From Gnetum montanum (taxonomy: Eukaryota > Plantae > Gnetophyta), in contig MNCI01000667.1 of assembly GCA_015680685.1 (NCBI GenBank), positions 161,983 through 225,982 on the forward strand: a DNA stretch of 64,000 nucleotides. Reading direction: 5' to 3'. Below, in pieces: positions 49,463 through 62,900 of this stretch. Position 1 is the stretch's first letter. Every line of letters starts with the position of its first letter. A program made the translations under genes and the position numbers. The notes below the pieces were generated by a model. It searched no databases, was not told the DNA's origin, and worked only from the letters and a program-made list of their open reading frames with translations.

Positions 49463-52400
49463 TGATGAGTGGCGAGATACCCCTACACTCAACCATACGA
49501 ATACGAGCATTTCATGCGCGATTCGATCGAACTCCAAGGACTAAGTGCTTATGTGCCTTAATGGAACACTCAGGGTTAATCAATCATTGTCCTCCCAAAC
49601 TTACTTGTATTGTCACGGTTGTATGGTTAAGTAAGTTTGAGGTATGTGATTTTTATAGCTTTTTGTCTTTTCAATGGTTTATGCTAATAAGGAAAGGTAA
49701 GAAGAACTAAGTGACTAACTTACATTAACTATTCACTAACTAAGTTCTAACTATTCCTAAAACCAATATCCATTCCCACTTGCCGTACACATCCTGAACC
49801 AATGCAACACTGCTGGGATTACCAAACGCTAGTCGTTACTGGGTTACCAAGTGCTACACGCATGCTCGAAGCAGTCATATTGAGTGTACTTAACTAAGAG
49901 AGTCAAAGGATGAGAGAGAGATTAATTAACTAGGAAAGCATTAAACAGTCAACATAATTAATTACTAATTAGCTTAATCCATATGCTGCAAGGTTTATCA
50001 TAAGGTTTGTCTTTATTGCCATACACAAATGTGTGCTCAGGTACAATTTGCTCAAATAAAGATCCGTTCACTCTATTACTCCTACTGTGAGCACATGGAA
50101 ATTATTCTAACTCTGGAATGGTAAAACTACAAGATTTTGGCTAAGGGTCTAAGTCTAACTATTTGAAACAAAGGGCACCACCTCTTATTTATAGAAAATG
50201 AGGCATGACACGATATCGCGTACGGGATATTGCAGCTCATCATACCCCCATGACTGAATGAAAACTCGTCCTCAAGTTCCTTACAAAATATTGGGAAGGT
50301 ATGGGATTATTGACTGAATGATACTAATGGTGAATGGGGGTGACACATGAACAGATCATCATTACAATACATGGCAATATTAGTGTTCATGACCATAAAT
50401 GTGAACACTATACACATTTGACATTCGGCCTTACTTAGTAGCTGAGAGAAGAGAGAGAGAAGAAAAGAAAAGAAGAAGGTGTGTTGTTGTTGATGCTAGG
50501 ATTGCACCTTCCATCCATAACCATGTCATCGATCTTATTCTTTGCATAACTTTTCCAGCACCAATCCATCCTAAGTGTTTCCTCCAGGTCTAGTCCATTG
50601 TTGTATGATTACCATCTGCACACATAACATAGTCTCATATTAGCAAGGATAAATAAATCATAATGTAGTTGATACCTTGCCTCTGTGTATGATCCATTGG
50701 ATGAGTTATGATATGCCTAATACAGATTTTGGAGATATAACACTGGTGGCTACCCAAGGTGTGGGGGTTAGGAGAAAATTGAAAAAATTGGACCAGGACC
50801 CCCATGACTAAGAGCGATCCTCCGGTAGCGACAGAATGGAAAAAGATAAGGAATAAGAAAGATGGAGAAAAAGAAACAACAATAATGCTAATAAAATGGA
50901 TGTTAGAGGTGGTAATGAACAAAACAAATGGTGATTGCAGAAATGTTTAAGGGAAAGAAGTTAACTAATGCACCAAATAGGAATACCGGTGGGTCCTCCC
51001 CAAAGTAGGCTCATGTCCTTAATGCTCTAACAATCCCACATTCAAAGAGTCCATAGGCTTTTAAAATGTCATTTGGGAGCAAGAGTTAAAGTCTTGACAA
51101 CAAGAATTTACCAAAAAGAAAATAATACATCAACAAACATATAGACTACTGATACAACCAGCAATGAGGTGGAAAGTGGAGAAAGAATGATGGAAAGAAG
51201 AGAATGGAATGGAGTCCCAAGAGCAAGGTGGTGTACAGCCCCTTGTGTATTTATGGTTAATGTGACTTAGTAGATCTCATTCAAAATCTAGCCTCAAACA
51301 ATCCACATGCAGTGACTTCGCATTAATACATTTGGCCAATCCATCCACTTGAAGTAACTAGAATGCTTCCACCAAAGAGTCACCACCATTCCAAGGGAAT
51401 GAAAAAGGAAAAAGTAGGAAGCAATAAAGGGCCTTAGTTAGAGGGAACATGTTTGTTTAGTTCCATAACCAGTGCTTGTAGCCCAGATGATTATTTTGTT
51501 TAAGGGATGTGCTTTGAATTCTCACAGTTTTTTTTCCTGAGAACCACACCATGCAAAGACTTATTATTTTTATTAGCCCAGCTTCCCAATAATGGAACAA
51601 TTTCAGAATGGTAAGGAAAACTCAAGAAGAAAACATCCAAGCACCCAAGAGAATGGCCAGCACAAATGCATCAAATCCCCTTGAAGTCCCACCCTTTCTA
51701 GTCCTTGATTCCTTCCTCAGTTTGAGAAATGCCTAGTCACCAATTCATTAATAGTTTTATTATTAAGAAAGGGACTGTACAATTCCAAGCCAAGAGAAAC
51801 CATAGAAATGTATGAATGTATGGGTGACATGGACTCATTGCCTGCTATATCAAAAGAACAATACCTTAGTATCAACATTATAACTCCAAGGTAAAAACCA
51901 AACATTAGCAATCAATAGAATATAGTTCATACCACCATCAGGAGCACTTATTAGGTGACAAGCCTAACAAAACAAACAAACACCCAAAGAAATGAAAAAG
52001 TATAAACGATGTTGCAAAACAAAAACAAGAAGAGTTAAAGAAATTTGTAAAATATAAATGTGTAAAACAAAAACTTAAAAAGGAACTAAGGGCCTCAAAT
52101 GATTAGCAGAGGTTGCCATCTCCCCCATGACTAAGTTGGAAGGAGGAGATCTGAAATAATGAGTAGGGTCATCCTTTCTCAGAGGTCATATGTGCACTGG
52201 CTGTTTTAAGTCCATAGAAGGGTTTGGCTTGTTGCACATTAACTGACAGTCTCTTATTAAGGTTTTTGTCTGACTTTTTAGGAATTTCCAACTTCCCCCG
52301 GTTGATGTTTTCCAAGTTAAGGTTTAGAAGTTGGCGATGATCTTGCTCTAGTGCATCTATCCTTTTAACTTGAGCGCAAGTTATTTCCTCAGTTAGTTCC

Positions 52401-55400
52401 ATGCATATTAGTGAGTTTTTCACTTGATCAGCTATCATCCATTAGATGTCTCTTTGTCGTGTGGCTGCTACATACATGCACTTTTGTAGGTTAAGGTCTT
52501 GTGCACACCGGTTGCATGCAGGCAATGTTAAATTTTGCATAGCCCATGATTCTTGCACGCAATTGCACCCTATATCACTGTATGTGATGCATGGAACCTT
52601 CTTCTTTTTGATCTTTCCAAAAGTGTTCTCCTTAGATATCTCCAGGGAAAGATCACGGATTCCTAGGCATGCATCTACAGTACTTAGCCATGCCCTTCCC
52701 ATTATTATTGGAAAGTCCCCTTTATCATTATTTACTTGTATCACTAGGAAATCAGTTGGGTACCGCCACCCACACATAGTGGTAACGATGTCCTCCACCA
52801 GTCCCAAGGAAATAGTGATGGATTGGTTTGCTAGCTCTAGGTGAGTATTGCTCTTTCTTAATGAAGGTAGGTTCTAGGCTTTATGCATCTCTTGTGATAT
52901 TAGGTTGATTCCAAAACTTGAGTCCAAAAGAGCTTTGCATGGTTCATTCCCAACAACTTGGAGATCGATTAGAGGGCTTCCAGGATCAGAAAATTTCTTG
53001 GAAAGGTGGCCAACCTTAATCCAGTTAATAACAACATGTGTTAACATAACCGTATGCGTTGAGCTCGGTGTTTGATTTGAAGGGAGCTCTGAAGCCTTAT
53101 TTGATAGAGAGGCATTCAAAGGTTCAACTGCTTGTAGTTGTGAGGGATTTGTTGGATTGTTGGTTCTAAAGAAAGGTATTTTCTTCATAAGGTTGTCAGA
53201 ACCAACTGCGGGTTGAGGATTCATAGCCCTCGTGGCATTGCATTGCTGCGGTTGAGTGGGGAGTTCCCCTTGCATTACTGGAGTGGGTGGTAATGGAGCT
53301 ATCAGTGTGAGAGTTGCGGATGGATTTGAAGGATGGTATGCTTGTGGGTTATCTCCCCTAGGAGAAGGAGTTCTATAATACTCCCAAGATTGGTAGTGAT
53401 GTTGTGATGTAACGTGACCAATAGAGTCACATGGAGAGATTGGATGCTGCATACGGTCACGTGGAGAGATTGGATGCCATGGAAAATTTCTTGCTAGTAG
53501 GGGTACTGTTGCCTTGGTGGTGGCATCCCCCATGACTATGGGTATTGCCACTATTGATGTTGCTCAATGGGGTGTGGTGGAGGTCCACTTGGATAATGTG
53601 TTGACAGCTGGTGGAACTGCCTTTGGTTACCTTGGGGATAAGGTAACCGTCGGGGTGCTTGCTGTTTATTAAGTCATGGGTTGAGTGCATACATTCAGAC
53701 TTTTGTAGATGTGAGATCATTGGGCAGCATCCCTTAGGATGGTTGTATTGGCATATCTCACATCCACTGTCATTGTCCGTGTTTGAATCCACAACCTCTT
53801 TGGTGATGGCCATTTTGCCCTTACCCTTGTTACGTGCATTGTCCACTTCTCTCTTTTTCTTTTTGTGATAGTCACTACCTCTCTTCCTAAAATCCTCTAC
53901 AATTTTAAGAACAATTTCAAACCTACTATCTAGGGAGTCCCACATTTGATCTACCTTTGCCGACACTTTTGTTGTTAATTTTTGGAGTAGTAAGGTTTTC
54001 CTATTCACCATATCTTTGAGTGGTGACTCTTCTTCCTCCTCATAGAATCTCACTCCCCTCTTTCGGAGGGAAGAATCTTGATTGTACTCTTCTACACTTT
54101 CTCTCTTTCGTAGCTCACCTTCTTCCTTGGCTACTTGCTCTAGCAATCTATGAATTTGATGAGACCTAAGCTCTGATAATCTCCCTTGGGCATATGTTCC
54201 AAGGGTTCTTCTTGTTTCATGCCTAAGTCCATCCACAAGATGATGTAGTTGATCCCACTGCGAATAACCATGGCCAGGGCAATGATGTAACAATGTGTAA
54301 TAGCAGCCCATGGCAGCATCCAAGGGTTCATGGTTTCCTTGCTTCCATCCTTGGATTTTCTTTCACAGGTTAGACACTCAAGAGTACATTTACTACTTAT
54401 CATTAAACAGTTCTAACATTGTACTCCATCTCCGAATCGATTTTGGTTCTAAGGAGCAGTACTAGCTTTCAACTTCTTTTACTAGTGTCCTTGGGAACAA
54501 CTGCAGTTTTTGCCATTCGTTTTCTATGTTTTGTAAGGCACATGCATCGTGGAATACTTGTAAATGATTTTGAGGATCAGCATTGTATCCCCCTTCAAAT
54601 CGTGGGATGTTATTCATGTCTAACCTCTTGATCCTACTATCCTTTTGGTGCCTTGTGGAAACTCTTACGACCTCCGTTATATCTAGCATGCTTCTAGTTG
54701 CGAGTAGGGGTTCTTCGTGGTCATCTCGTTCATAGCATTTGTGGTGTCTATGAGGTTCCCTACTCTCCCTTCTTCTATGCCTTGATTTCCTAGAGTGCCC
54801 TCATCCTCGTTCTCGACTGTCTCATCGATGTTTTTCATTTTTTTCCCTTTATCCTCATGATTCATTTCCTTATGGCTACGTCCGGACACTAAAGGAGAGG
54901 GTGAATGTGATGATGAAGGTGAAGAAGAAGGAAAACCATCGCTATGATGGTGTTTTCTACCTTCTCTTCAGTGGTCTTAGCCTTGATTGTCATCACGATC
55001 AGAACGTCCGCCCTTATCATATGTTCATGTTCCCTTGTTGAACACTTCATGTTCATGGGGATCAGAACGAAGGTTGTGAATCGTGGAGTGGAGGTTCTGA
55101 TACACCACCTCCTGACCATTGTTAGGAGGAGGAACATCGTGTGGTACCCCAAATTTTGCTTAAGACATATGGAGCATTATGGGGCTATTTACCCTTCAAG
55201 GATGTGTGGTAACTCTCCTGTCGCAAGTCCCTTTGATGTTGTGCTTCTGTGGCATGATAGTCCCTCATGTCATGATCGCATGCAATGTAGTCTGCATATA
55301 AAAGTAGCATGCCTATTTGTGTAAGAGCACGAAGGAGCATGTTGGGGACTGATCATTTTGGAGGCAACACTATGTTACCCTCTAAGTCTCTCCAACGTAG

Positions 55401-56500
55401 TTGTTCATCTTGGTAGAGAATCAAGGTAAAATCAAGTACATACTCATCGTGATGAGTATATACCACGCAAAACTATTGAGGAATTGGTGGATTTTGGTTA
55501 CATGTATTATGCCGCCGACTGTCTCTTGTGTGAGTCCTAGGTGGTGAAGTGCTCTTATGCAAAGAAGAAGACATTTTTGTCCTGTTCGGTGTGCAATGTA
55601 CCATTGTCTTATCTTTCCTTGATTAATCCTAAGGGTTTGTTCTAGCGTTCCAATGATATGGATGATTTCCTATGTTCTACGTAGTGCACAAACAACTAAG
55701 TCCCCAGCAACGATGCCAATGATGAGTGGCAAGGTACCCCTACACTCAACCATACAAATATGAGCATTTCACGTGCGATTCGGTCGAACTCCAAGGACTA
55801 AGTGCTTATGCGCCTTAATGGAACACTCAGGGTTAATCAATTTTTGTCCTCTCAAACTTACTTGTATTGTCACGATTGTATGGTTAAGTAAGTTTGAGGT
55901 ATGTGATTTTAATAGCTTTTTGTCTTTTCAATGTTTTAGGCTAATAAGGGAAGGTAAAGAGAACTAAGTGACTAATTTACATTAACTATTCACTAACTAA
56001 GTTCTAATTGTTCCTAACACCAATATCCGTTCCCACTTGCCGTACACATCCTGAACTAGTGCAACGCTGCTGGGATTACCAAACACTAGTCGTTACTAGG
56101 TTACCAAGCACTACACGCATGCTCGAAGCGGTCATACTGAGTGTACTTGACTAAGAGAGTCAAAGGTTGAGAGAGAGATTAATTAACTAGGAAAGAATTA
56201 AACATTAAATAGTAATTAATTACTAATTAGCTTAATCCATATGCTGCAAGGTTTATCATAAGGTTCATCTTTATTGTCGTACACAAATGTGCGCTTAGGT
56301 ACAATTTTCTCAAATAAAGATCCGTTCACTCTATGACTGCTACTGCGGGCACATGGAAATTATTCTAACTTTGGAATGGTAAAACTGCAAGAGTTTGGCT
56401 AAGGGTCTAAGTCTAACTATCCAGAACAAAGGGCACCGCCTCTTATTTAAAGAAAATGAGGTAGGACGCGATATCACGTACGTGATATCACAGCTCATCA
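49463..56500 (-). mobile_element. Family-A non-autonomous Athila-like LTR element, complete, 7038 bp
   Basis: LTRs 55720-56500 and 49463-50242 (roughly 90-95% alike by eye); PBS TGGCATCGTTGCTGGGGA; PPT-like AGTCATGGGGGTA; perfect TSD TGTTG. Confidence 0.93.
52169..55200 (-). pseudogene. gag-aspartic protease of the family-A element; no RT, RNase H or integrase follows
   Basis: DPQNHLQVF, LQLFPRTL, LLHHCPGHG, CEICQYNHPKGCCP, DPGSPLI, ALLDSSFGINLI, PTDFLVI, PIIMGRAWL. Several stops and frameshifts. Confidence 0.85.
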
Positions 56501-58013
56501 TGTTGCTTCCTGAGTTTTCTAAATTTTTGTTAAGGTTTTGCACCTAGCTACTTTATTGAATTCAAATTTGATTAAAGCATAATGAAGACCATTTTTTTTC
56601 TTTTGAATCAAACATGAACTTCTCTTTTTCATATTGCATCCATTTGCTTCTTACTTTTGTAGCTTTTGAGGTGTTATCAATGGGTGGCATTTATCCCTCT
56701 AGGATGGATTCCCAAACTTCAAACTCCATGAATTTGAAGAATCCTTACATTCTAGCCATCTAGTATGCAAAGTTGGTTTTGCTAAACATTGGTGGCTTGG
56801 TGTATGATTTCCCTTCCATTGTTCACTGTTGAGATGTTAAGCTTCAAAAATGAGAGTGTCAGGCTCGAATAGCACTTAAGGACAAATAACTTAGAAGGGG
56901 CGTTAAATAAGTTCCCCAATTTAAATAACCAAGACAACCAAAATTGCACATAAATTTACATAGTTTCCCAACCTAGATACTTCCACACTCTAAGGATAGA
57001 ATCCTTGCACATCTTTAGATTTTGTTCCTTCAAAAATGTGGTTTAAAGGGCACCACAACCTTTATAAAGTTTGAGCTCCACATAGAATATTTTCTTGTAG
57101 AAAACACACTCAACCCTGTAAGGTCCCAACAAGCTAAAAATGTGGTTTCAAGGATCCCACAATGTTTACAATGACATGAGCTTTGTATAAAGTGTTTTCT
57201 TGCTAGAAACATGTTTAACCCCGTAAGGTTCCAACATGCTCACTTCATTCCTTCTCATAAGAAGCACATTAATCCCATAGGGCTTACAAAGAGAGAAACA
57301 GAGCCAAGGAAAAAATGTAAATATAGTTTACAAATTCCTTGCACTTAGGCTCACATAAAATAATTCACAAATGATGGAAATTTGAGGAACAAAATAATTC
57401 ACTTGATGTATACAATGATTGAATATTCCAATGAACACTACTTGTCCTTTGCACAAGGATTGCAATATATTTTATCACCTTTTTCCTTCCCAAACAGTTC
57501 TTAAAATTCATGTGATGACTAGGAAATGACTAGTTGGGATGTCCCATTCAAGCTTTGGATGTCTCACTGAAAATTGGCTACTTGTAGGTGGGACATCCCA
57601 CTAGAAATTGGGATGTCTTGCTTGGAACATTCGAGCTAGGATGTCTCAATGGTAATTGGAACATTTGTTATTTTTGTGAAACATTTAGCCTAAGATTGAG
57701 GTTTCACCTCTAGGATGTTTGCTAATCTTTTGGAATGTCTAGGCAAATAACAAACCATCTTCATTTGGCTTGTAGGCTTCATGCATCCTTGACATGTTGT
57801 AGTCTTAGTTGGAATTTTGGTAATGCATATCTCATCTTGATCTCACAACCTAGTCTTGTCTTGATCTCATCATGACTCCATCTAGGTTCTTGTCTCAATC
57901 TTCTGCTATTGTCATCTTTTTCTTGTCCTTCACAAGTCCAACAAGATTTCAACAAGAATATTTTCACATCCTCCATTTTTCAAGGTTTTGACATACCAAA
58001 AGGTCAACATAGC

Positions 58014-58014
<1 letters not shown>

Positions 58015-58055
<41 letters not shown>

Positions 58056-60351
58056 TGTTCCTTAAGTTTTTTATGGGTTGGTATAGGGATTGTATTAACA
58101 TTTTGAAATTTTAGCCCACAACTAGACCCTTTGTCATTATTAGTAATGCATGGAATTTTCTATTTCTTCACAATGATAGGTTCATCTTTAATATTTTATG
58201 TGGAAGTGGTGATGGTTGCTGGATTTTACATAGGATTAGTAGACATTGTTTTTGTAAGGAAGAAGGCTATACCTAATTGTCCTTATGCTAGTTATAATGA
58301 GGTAGTAGGTCTACTAGTTTTATTCACATATGTGGGAACTATCCTAAAGAAAGGACATTTCTAAGACTTTTGTTGAGATCTACTAACATTATCATTCACT
58401 TTTACATTCATTACACAAGTAGCATTTGTTTGTTGAGGTTGTGGTGCCAATCCTTCATACATTGTTGATGGTGACATATGTTGAAGAAAACTATGAGAGT
58501 ATTGAGGATGTGATGGATGATAAGAGATATGAGATGGTGATCCCGTAGGAGATGTTGTGGATTGATGATATTTACAATAGTAGTAATAATGAGTTAAGGT
58601 AGGGGAAGTAGAAGCATTAAGAGAAATCGTTTGTTGAACATAATATCCATAAGGGTTTGGCTAGTAATAGGGGTATTGATGGTTTATTGATGGCATCTCC
58701 CATGACAGTGAATTTTGCCACTATTATTCATAGTAGTCTTGAGGTTGATAAGAAGTCCCACTAAAATAGTACTATTGGTTGTAGGACTGTCTATAATTTC
58801 CTTGTGAGTAAGGTAATCTCCTAGGCATTTGCTTTTTTATGAACTTGGGATTCAAAGTAAAAGCTTGAGACTCTTGTAGATGTAACATAATTGGGCAATA
58901 GCCCTTTTGATGTTCATATCAATAAATGTCACAGCTAATTTTCATTTTTGCTAATAAGTGCTCTTACCTATTTCCTTGTTCTTTTTACTCCTCTTTTTTT
59001 GATCACTTGATCCTATTTGCTTTACCTTCTCCTCTATGATTTTCAAGTTGGTTGTAACTATTTCATTTATCAACTCCCACATCTTATCTATCCTTACTTC
59101 AACCTTAGTGATAGACTTTTGTATGGGCAAGGTTTTGAGTGAAATCAACTCATCAAGAGCAACCTCTTTTTCTTGATCATAAATATGAACCTTCTTTTTG
59201 TGAAGAGTTGGATCCTAGTTATATTCCTCTATGCTTTCCCTTTTATACAACTCTCCTTCTTCTTTTGCCATCTATTCAATTATCCTTTGTATCTCATGAG
59301 CTTTCAACGCTGATAATCTCCCTTGAGAATAGTTCCGAAGGGTCTCCCTCATTTTATTACAAAGCCCATGTATGATGTGATGAAGTTGCTCTTTTTAAGA
59401 AAATCCATGGATTAGGCATCTATATAGTAGAGAATAGTATCTTCGCAAGGCTTCATTTAGGGATTCATGGTCATCTTGATTCCATCCTCAGATTTGTTTT
59501 CTTAGATTGGATACTTTTGAATAGGTTTGGTATTTCTCATTGAAGAGCTTAAGTGTTGTGGATCACTGATGGATTGAATCTTGTTCCAACAATCTATACC
59601 AATTTTCAGCTTTATCTATTAGTGTTTTAGGAAAGAGCTTAAGATTTTGCCACTTACTTTCAATATTTTACAAGGCACAGGCATCATGGAAGGCTTGTAA
59701 ATGATGCTATGGATTAGAATTATAGCCTTCCTAAAATTTAGAAATGTTATTCATATCATGCCTTTTGATGTGACTTTCTCTTTGATGCCTATTCAGTATT
59801 CTAACTATCTCCGTGATCTGTATCATGCTTCTAGTAGCCAACAAGGATTCATCATCATCAAACATGTTATGATGATAATCCCTATTTCTATTTGTCTGAT
59901 TATGATAATCTCATCTATGCTCTATTTGATACCTTGTATCTTGTCTTTGATTTCCATTTAAATCTCTATTTTGATTCCTTATAAGAGCTCTATCTCAATA
60001 CCTACGTTCATCTTTGTTAGAACTAAATGTTAGACATGAAGAAAAAGATGGTGAACTAGGAGAATCATCATGACTCCTATATATCCTCCTATGATCCCTT
60101 ACTTCATCTTTTCTAGGTTTGAAGAAGGTCCTAGGCCTTAAGGTCCCCCTTGTTCTAGGATTTGTTCCATTTCCTTTAGGGTTGTGTGCAACAGTTGAAT
60201 GTAGTCCTTGAATATAGTAAGGATTAGGATGAGCATATGAGACCCCTGCTTATAGTGTTTTACTCCAATTCTCTTCAATATAGATCCTATCATTTTTCCT
60301 ACTAGTGTTCTCATCATGTGCTAGATTATTAGCCCTATGTGAAGGAGACAT
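58015..60351 (-). pseudogene. Decayed gag of the family-B element (continues at ~24093-23700)
   Basis: DMNNIPKF, HHLQAFHDACAL, EQLHHIIHGL and KIPCIT match the family-A gag; many stops. Confidence 0.75.
58017..58051. repeat. (AC)n microsatellite
   Basis: Perfect dinucleotide run next to the SIRE 5' LTR. Confidence 0.98.
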
Positions 60352-61850
60352 ATTTCTAGTTAATAATGTGTATGTGGATTTAAATATTAATATTTCCTAA
60401 AAGATAAATCATGAATGCTTTTGCAACAATCATTTATAATACGACTAATCTAGATCACTAGCACCATCCTCGATAATGATGCTAATGATGAGCAATGAGT
60501 ATCCCCTATGCCCAACCATACGAATAATAAGCGTTCACATGTAATCTAGTAGAAATATATGGATGTAACTAGTGTGGTATCTAGATTTTTAAGCATTAAT
60601 TGTAGGTCGCTATCTTCTCACTTGGACTAGTGGTAGCTTTATCATGTATGATTTAGTTCAAAGTGAAGCATATGATTATTGATGTTGTTGGTGCCTTAAA
60701 CTAATTAAATAAGGATATAGAAATTAATTATTTAATCTAATTAATAATCAAATTAAGTCTAAAAATATCCTAAGGGTGATGAGTGTCCATTCCCAACTTA
60801 CCATACACATTTTGAACTCATGTACACACTGCTAGGATTACCAAGTGAATTTGTGTTTATGCTTAAAATTGGTCACGCTCTTGCCATGGATTGATTAACA
60901 TGCATATAAATGCAAATGTTAACTAAGAACATAGAAAGTAAATTACATAAAAAGTAATTAATCTTATCACAATTCATGGAATGTGTCTAGGTATAATGCC
61001 ACTTAAATAAGATGTACAACTAACTCAAATCTACATTGTAAGCACTTACAGTCTTTTTTCTAAGATTACAGAATAAAACTACAAAAGTTTGGCTACACTA
61101 TTAACCAAATGGTGTCCAATACGTGACAAGTGGTCATATATTTATAGATTTTGGATGATAGAGCATCAACACATATGTGCCAATGCATATAAGATGTGTT
61201 GATAGGGATGCATTAATGTGATGCCATCAACGCATATGCACTAACACATCTAAAATGCATTGACAGGGATGCATTAATGAAGTTACCTGACACATGGTAT
61301 TTCATCACTAACTTTGACACTGATGCTTCATCATTTTGAAAGCATTCATATTCCACTTTTTATAACATCAAGGATCCATGATCTTTACTTCATTAAGTTG
61401 GGTTTCTTATTCTATTCAACTTATCCATCCCTAATGGATAAACTAGTATGATAGTCATTCCATAAATTTTATTCATGCATCAAATACTTGAAGATGTGCT
61501 AGAATTTTGTTGAAGACTTGGAAGTCATAAGATTTTCAAGTCATGTAGAAATCTAATTCAAACAATGAAGAGGGATTTTGTTAGACAAAGAAGGATGAGT
61601 TGCTGGACCCTAACAATAAAATGTATTATAAAGGAAGAATTTCGAGTAGAGTGGTAGAGAAATACCAAAGAGAGATGAAGCACTAGCAAAACATAAAATG
61701 AATGGCCCAATGGTTTTATGAATGCTTTTTTAGGTTTTCATCCTTACAATCAATTTTGAACTCATCCATGAGATTCGGCAAGGTTTTACAATCGGCTATC
61801 AACTCGACCCTAACACTCCTCCTTTCCTATCCATTCTTGGGACTAGCACT

Positions 61851-62215
61851 GATGGAAATATGTATGCTTCAATGGACATTGAATATTACTAGAAGAGATA
61901 AACTACATAATACATACATCAAAGGAAGGCTTAGAGTGACTTCTATTTCAAATAGGCTATAAGAATGGTAGCTTAGATAGTTTTAGACTTGTGTAAAGAA
62001 GATCAGAAAATGAGTTGATAAGCAAAGGTTGCTACATCACTATTTTGGAAAAGCCAGTAAAAGAAAGACCAAAGAAGATATGGGAAAAAATGATCGAAGA
62101 TGATTTAAAGAAAATACACATAAATAGATCTAGCTCTACATTGAGATGAATGATGAAAAAGAACTCATGTAGTAATCTCATTTTGTTGGGACAAGGCTAA
62201 TATGATGATGATGAA
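61851..62215 (+). mobile_element. RTE-clade LINE 3' fragment, decayed
   Basis: EICMLQW...TRRDKLHNTYIK, RPKKIWE..I.DDL, then GGGACAAGGCT and a (GAT)n tail, as in plant RTE ends. Confidence 0.75.
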
Positions 62216-62369
62216 CCAATTTTGAAAAGCCTCTCCTTTAAGGTAGGAAAAGGATTAGACCTTACCCTTTTTCAAAGGTTCCCTATTAGGTTTTCACTTA
62301 TACTAAAGGCTTTTTGTAAATAAATAAGAAAATAAATATCTATTAAAGCCTACAATTAAAACATAAATT

Positions 62370-62900
62370 ATGGAATGAGATCACCTTCAGTAGACAAAGA
62401 GGGAACATTAGCCAAAGAATCACTATGATAAATCATATTACATCTAAATTTTCAAATGGGATAAAGAATAAGGGGATGAAAGTAATTCTAAGTGTGAAGA
62501 AAAATATTTGAAGTTGAGGACTATTACCAAATAGAACTTTCTTCAACCTAGGCTTAAAGCCTAATAAATATGACCTACACCAACAACAACAACTTTGTGT
62601 AAGTGAACAAGTAAAAAAAGTACTTAATGAATAAGTCTTCCATGTTGCAAATAGGACATCTAGGATTATGAACACCCAAATAAGAGTAATGAATACTAAT
62701 AGGCAAACATTGATGTACTAAATACTATAAATCTTCCATATCTTCTAAATCTAATACTTTTATACTTACGCCTTATCATTGACATTACATAAATTATTGA
62801 AAATTTGCCAAAGATTAGTATTAGAACTAATAGTAGTATAGGAAGGCTTTATAATGTTTTTCACATTTAATTCAAAATGAGATTAGAGAAAATCATGCTT
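62370..62900 (-). mobile_element. Decayed L1 3' fragment related to 34981-36054
   Basis: HQCLPISIHYSYLGVHNPRCPIC and GFKPRLKKVLFGNSPQLQ parallel HQGLPVGVRRSHLGVPDPRCPIC and GFRPSLDEVLFGDTPHLQ. Confidence 0.75.

Larger units (their letters stand above)
48011..56819 (-). pseudogene. SIRE-type gag, split by the family-A insertion (56819-56506 plus 49462-48011)
   Basis: MEGKSYTKPPMFSKTNFAY, VWESILEG, TYEGTSV, KLLLLQSEYENLKI, two decayed zinc knuckles, coiled coil, KKVWRIK. Confidence 0.8.
24094..58009 (-). mobile_element. SIRE-like Copia element lacking pol
   Basis: 5' LTR 56877-58009; 3' LTR 24094-24283 plus 44529-45464; AGAAGGGG.GTTAAATAAG terminal motif; decayed tRNA-iMet-type PBS ~56863-56875; PPT AAAAAGAAGGAGAT at 45465-45478 with extra PPT-like copies near 45930-45970; flanks CAGTT/TAGCT fit a decayed TSD. 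Confidence 0.8.
20601..61307 (-). mobile_element. Family-B non-autonomous Athila-like LTR element, outermost member of the nest
   Basis: 5' LTR 60486-61307, decayed tRNA-Asp PBS 60467-60484, PPT-like GTGGGGGCA beside the 3' LTR 20601-21531, TSD TTAAC/CTAAC. Own internal sequence is 21532-24093 plus 58010-60485. Confidence 0.85.
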
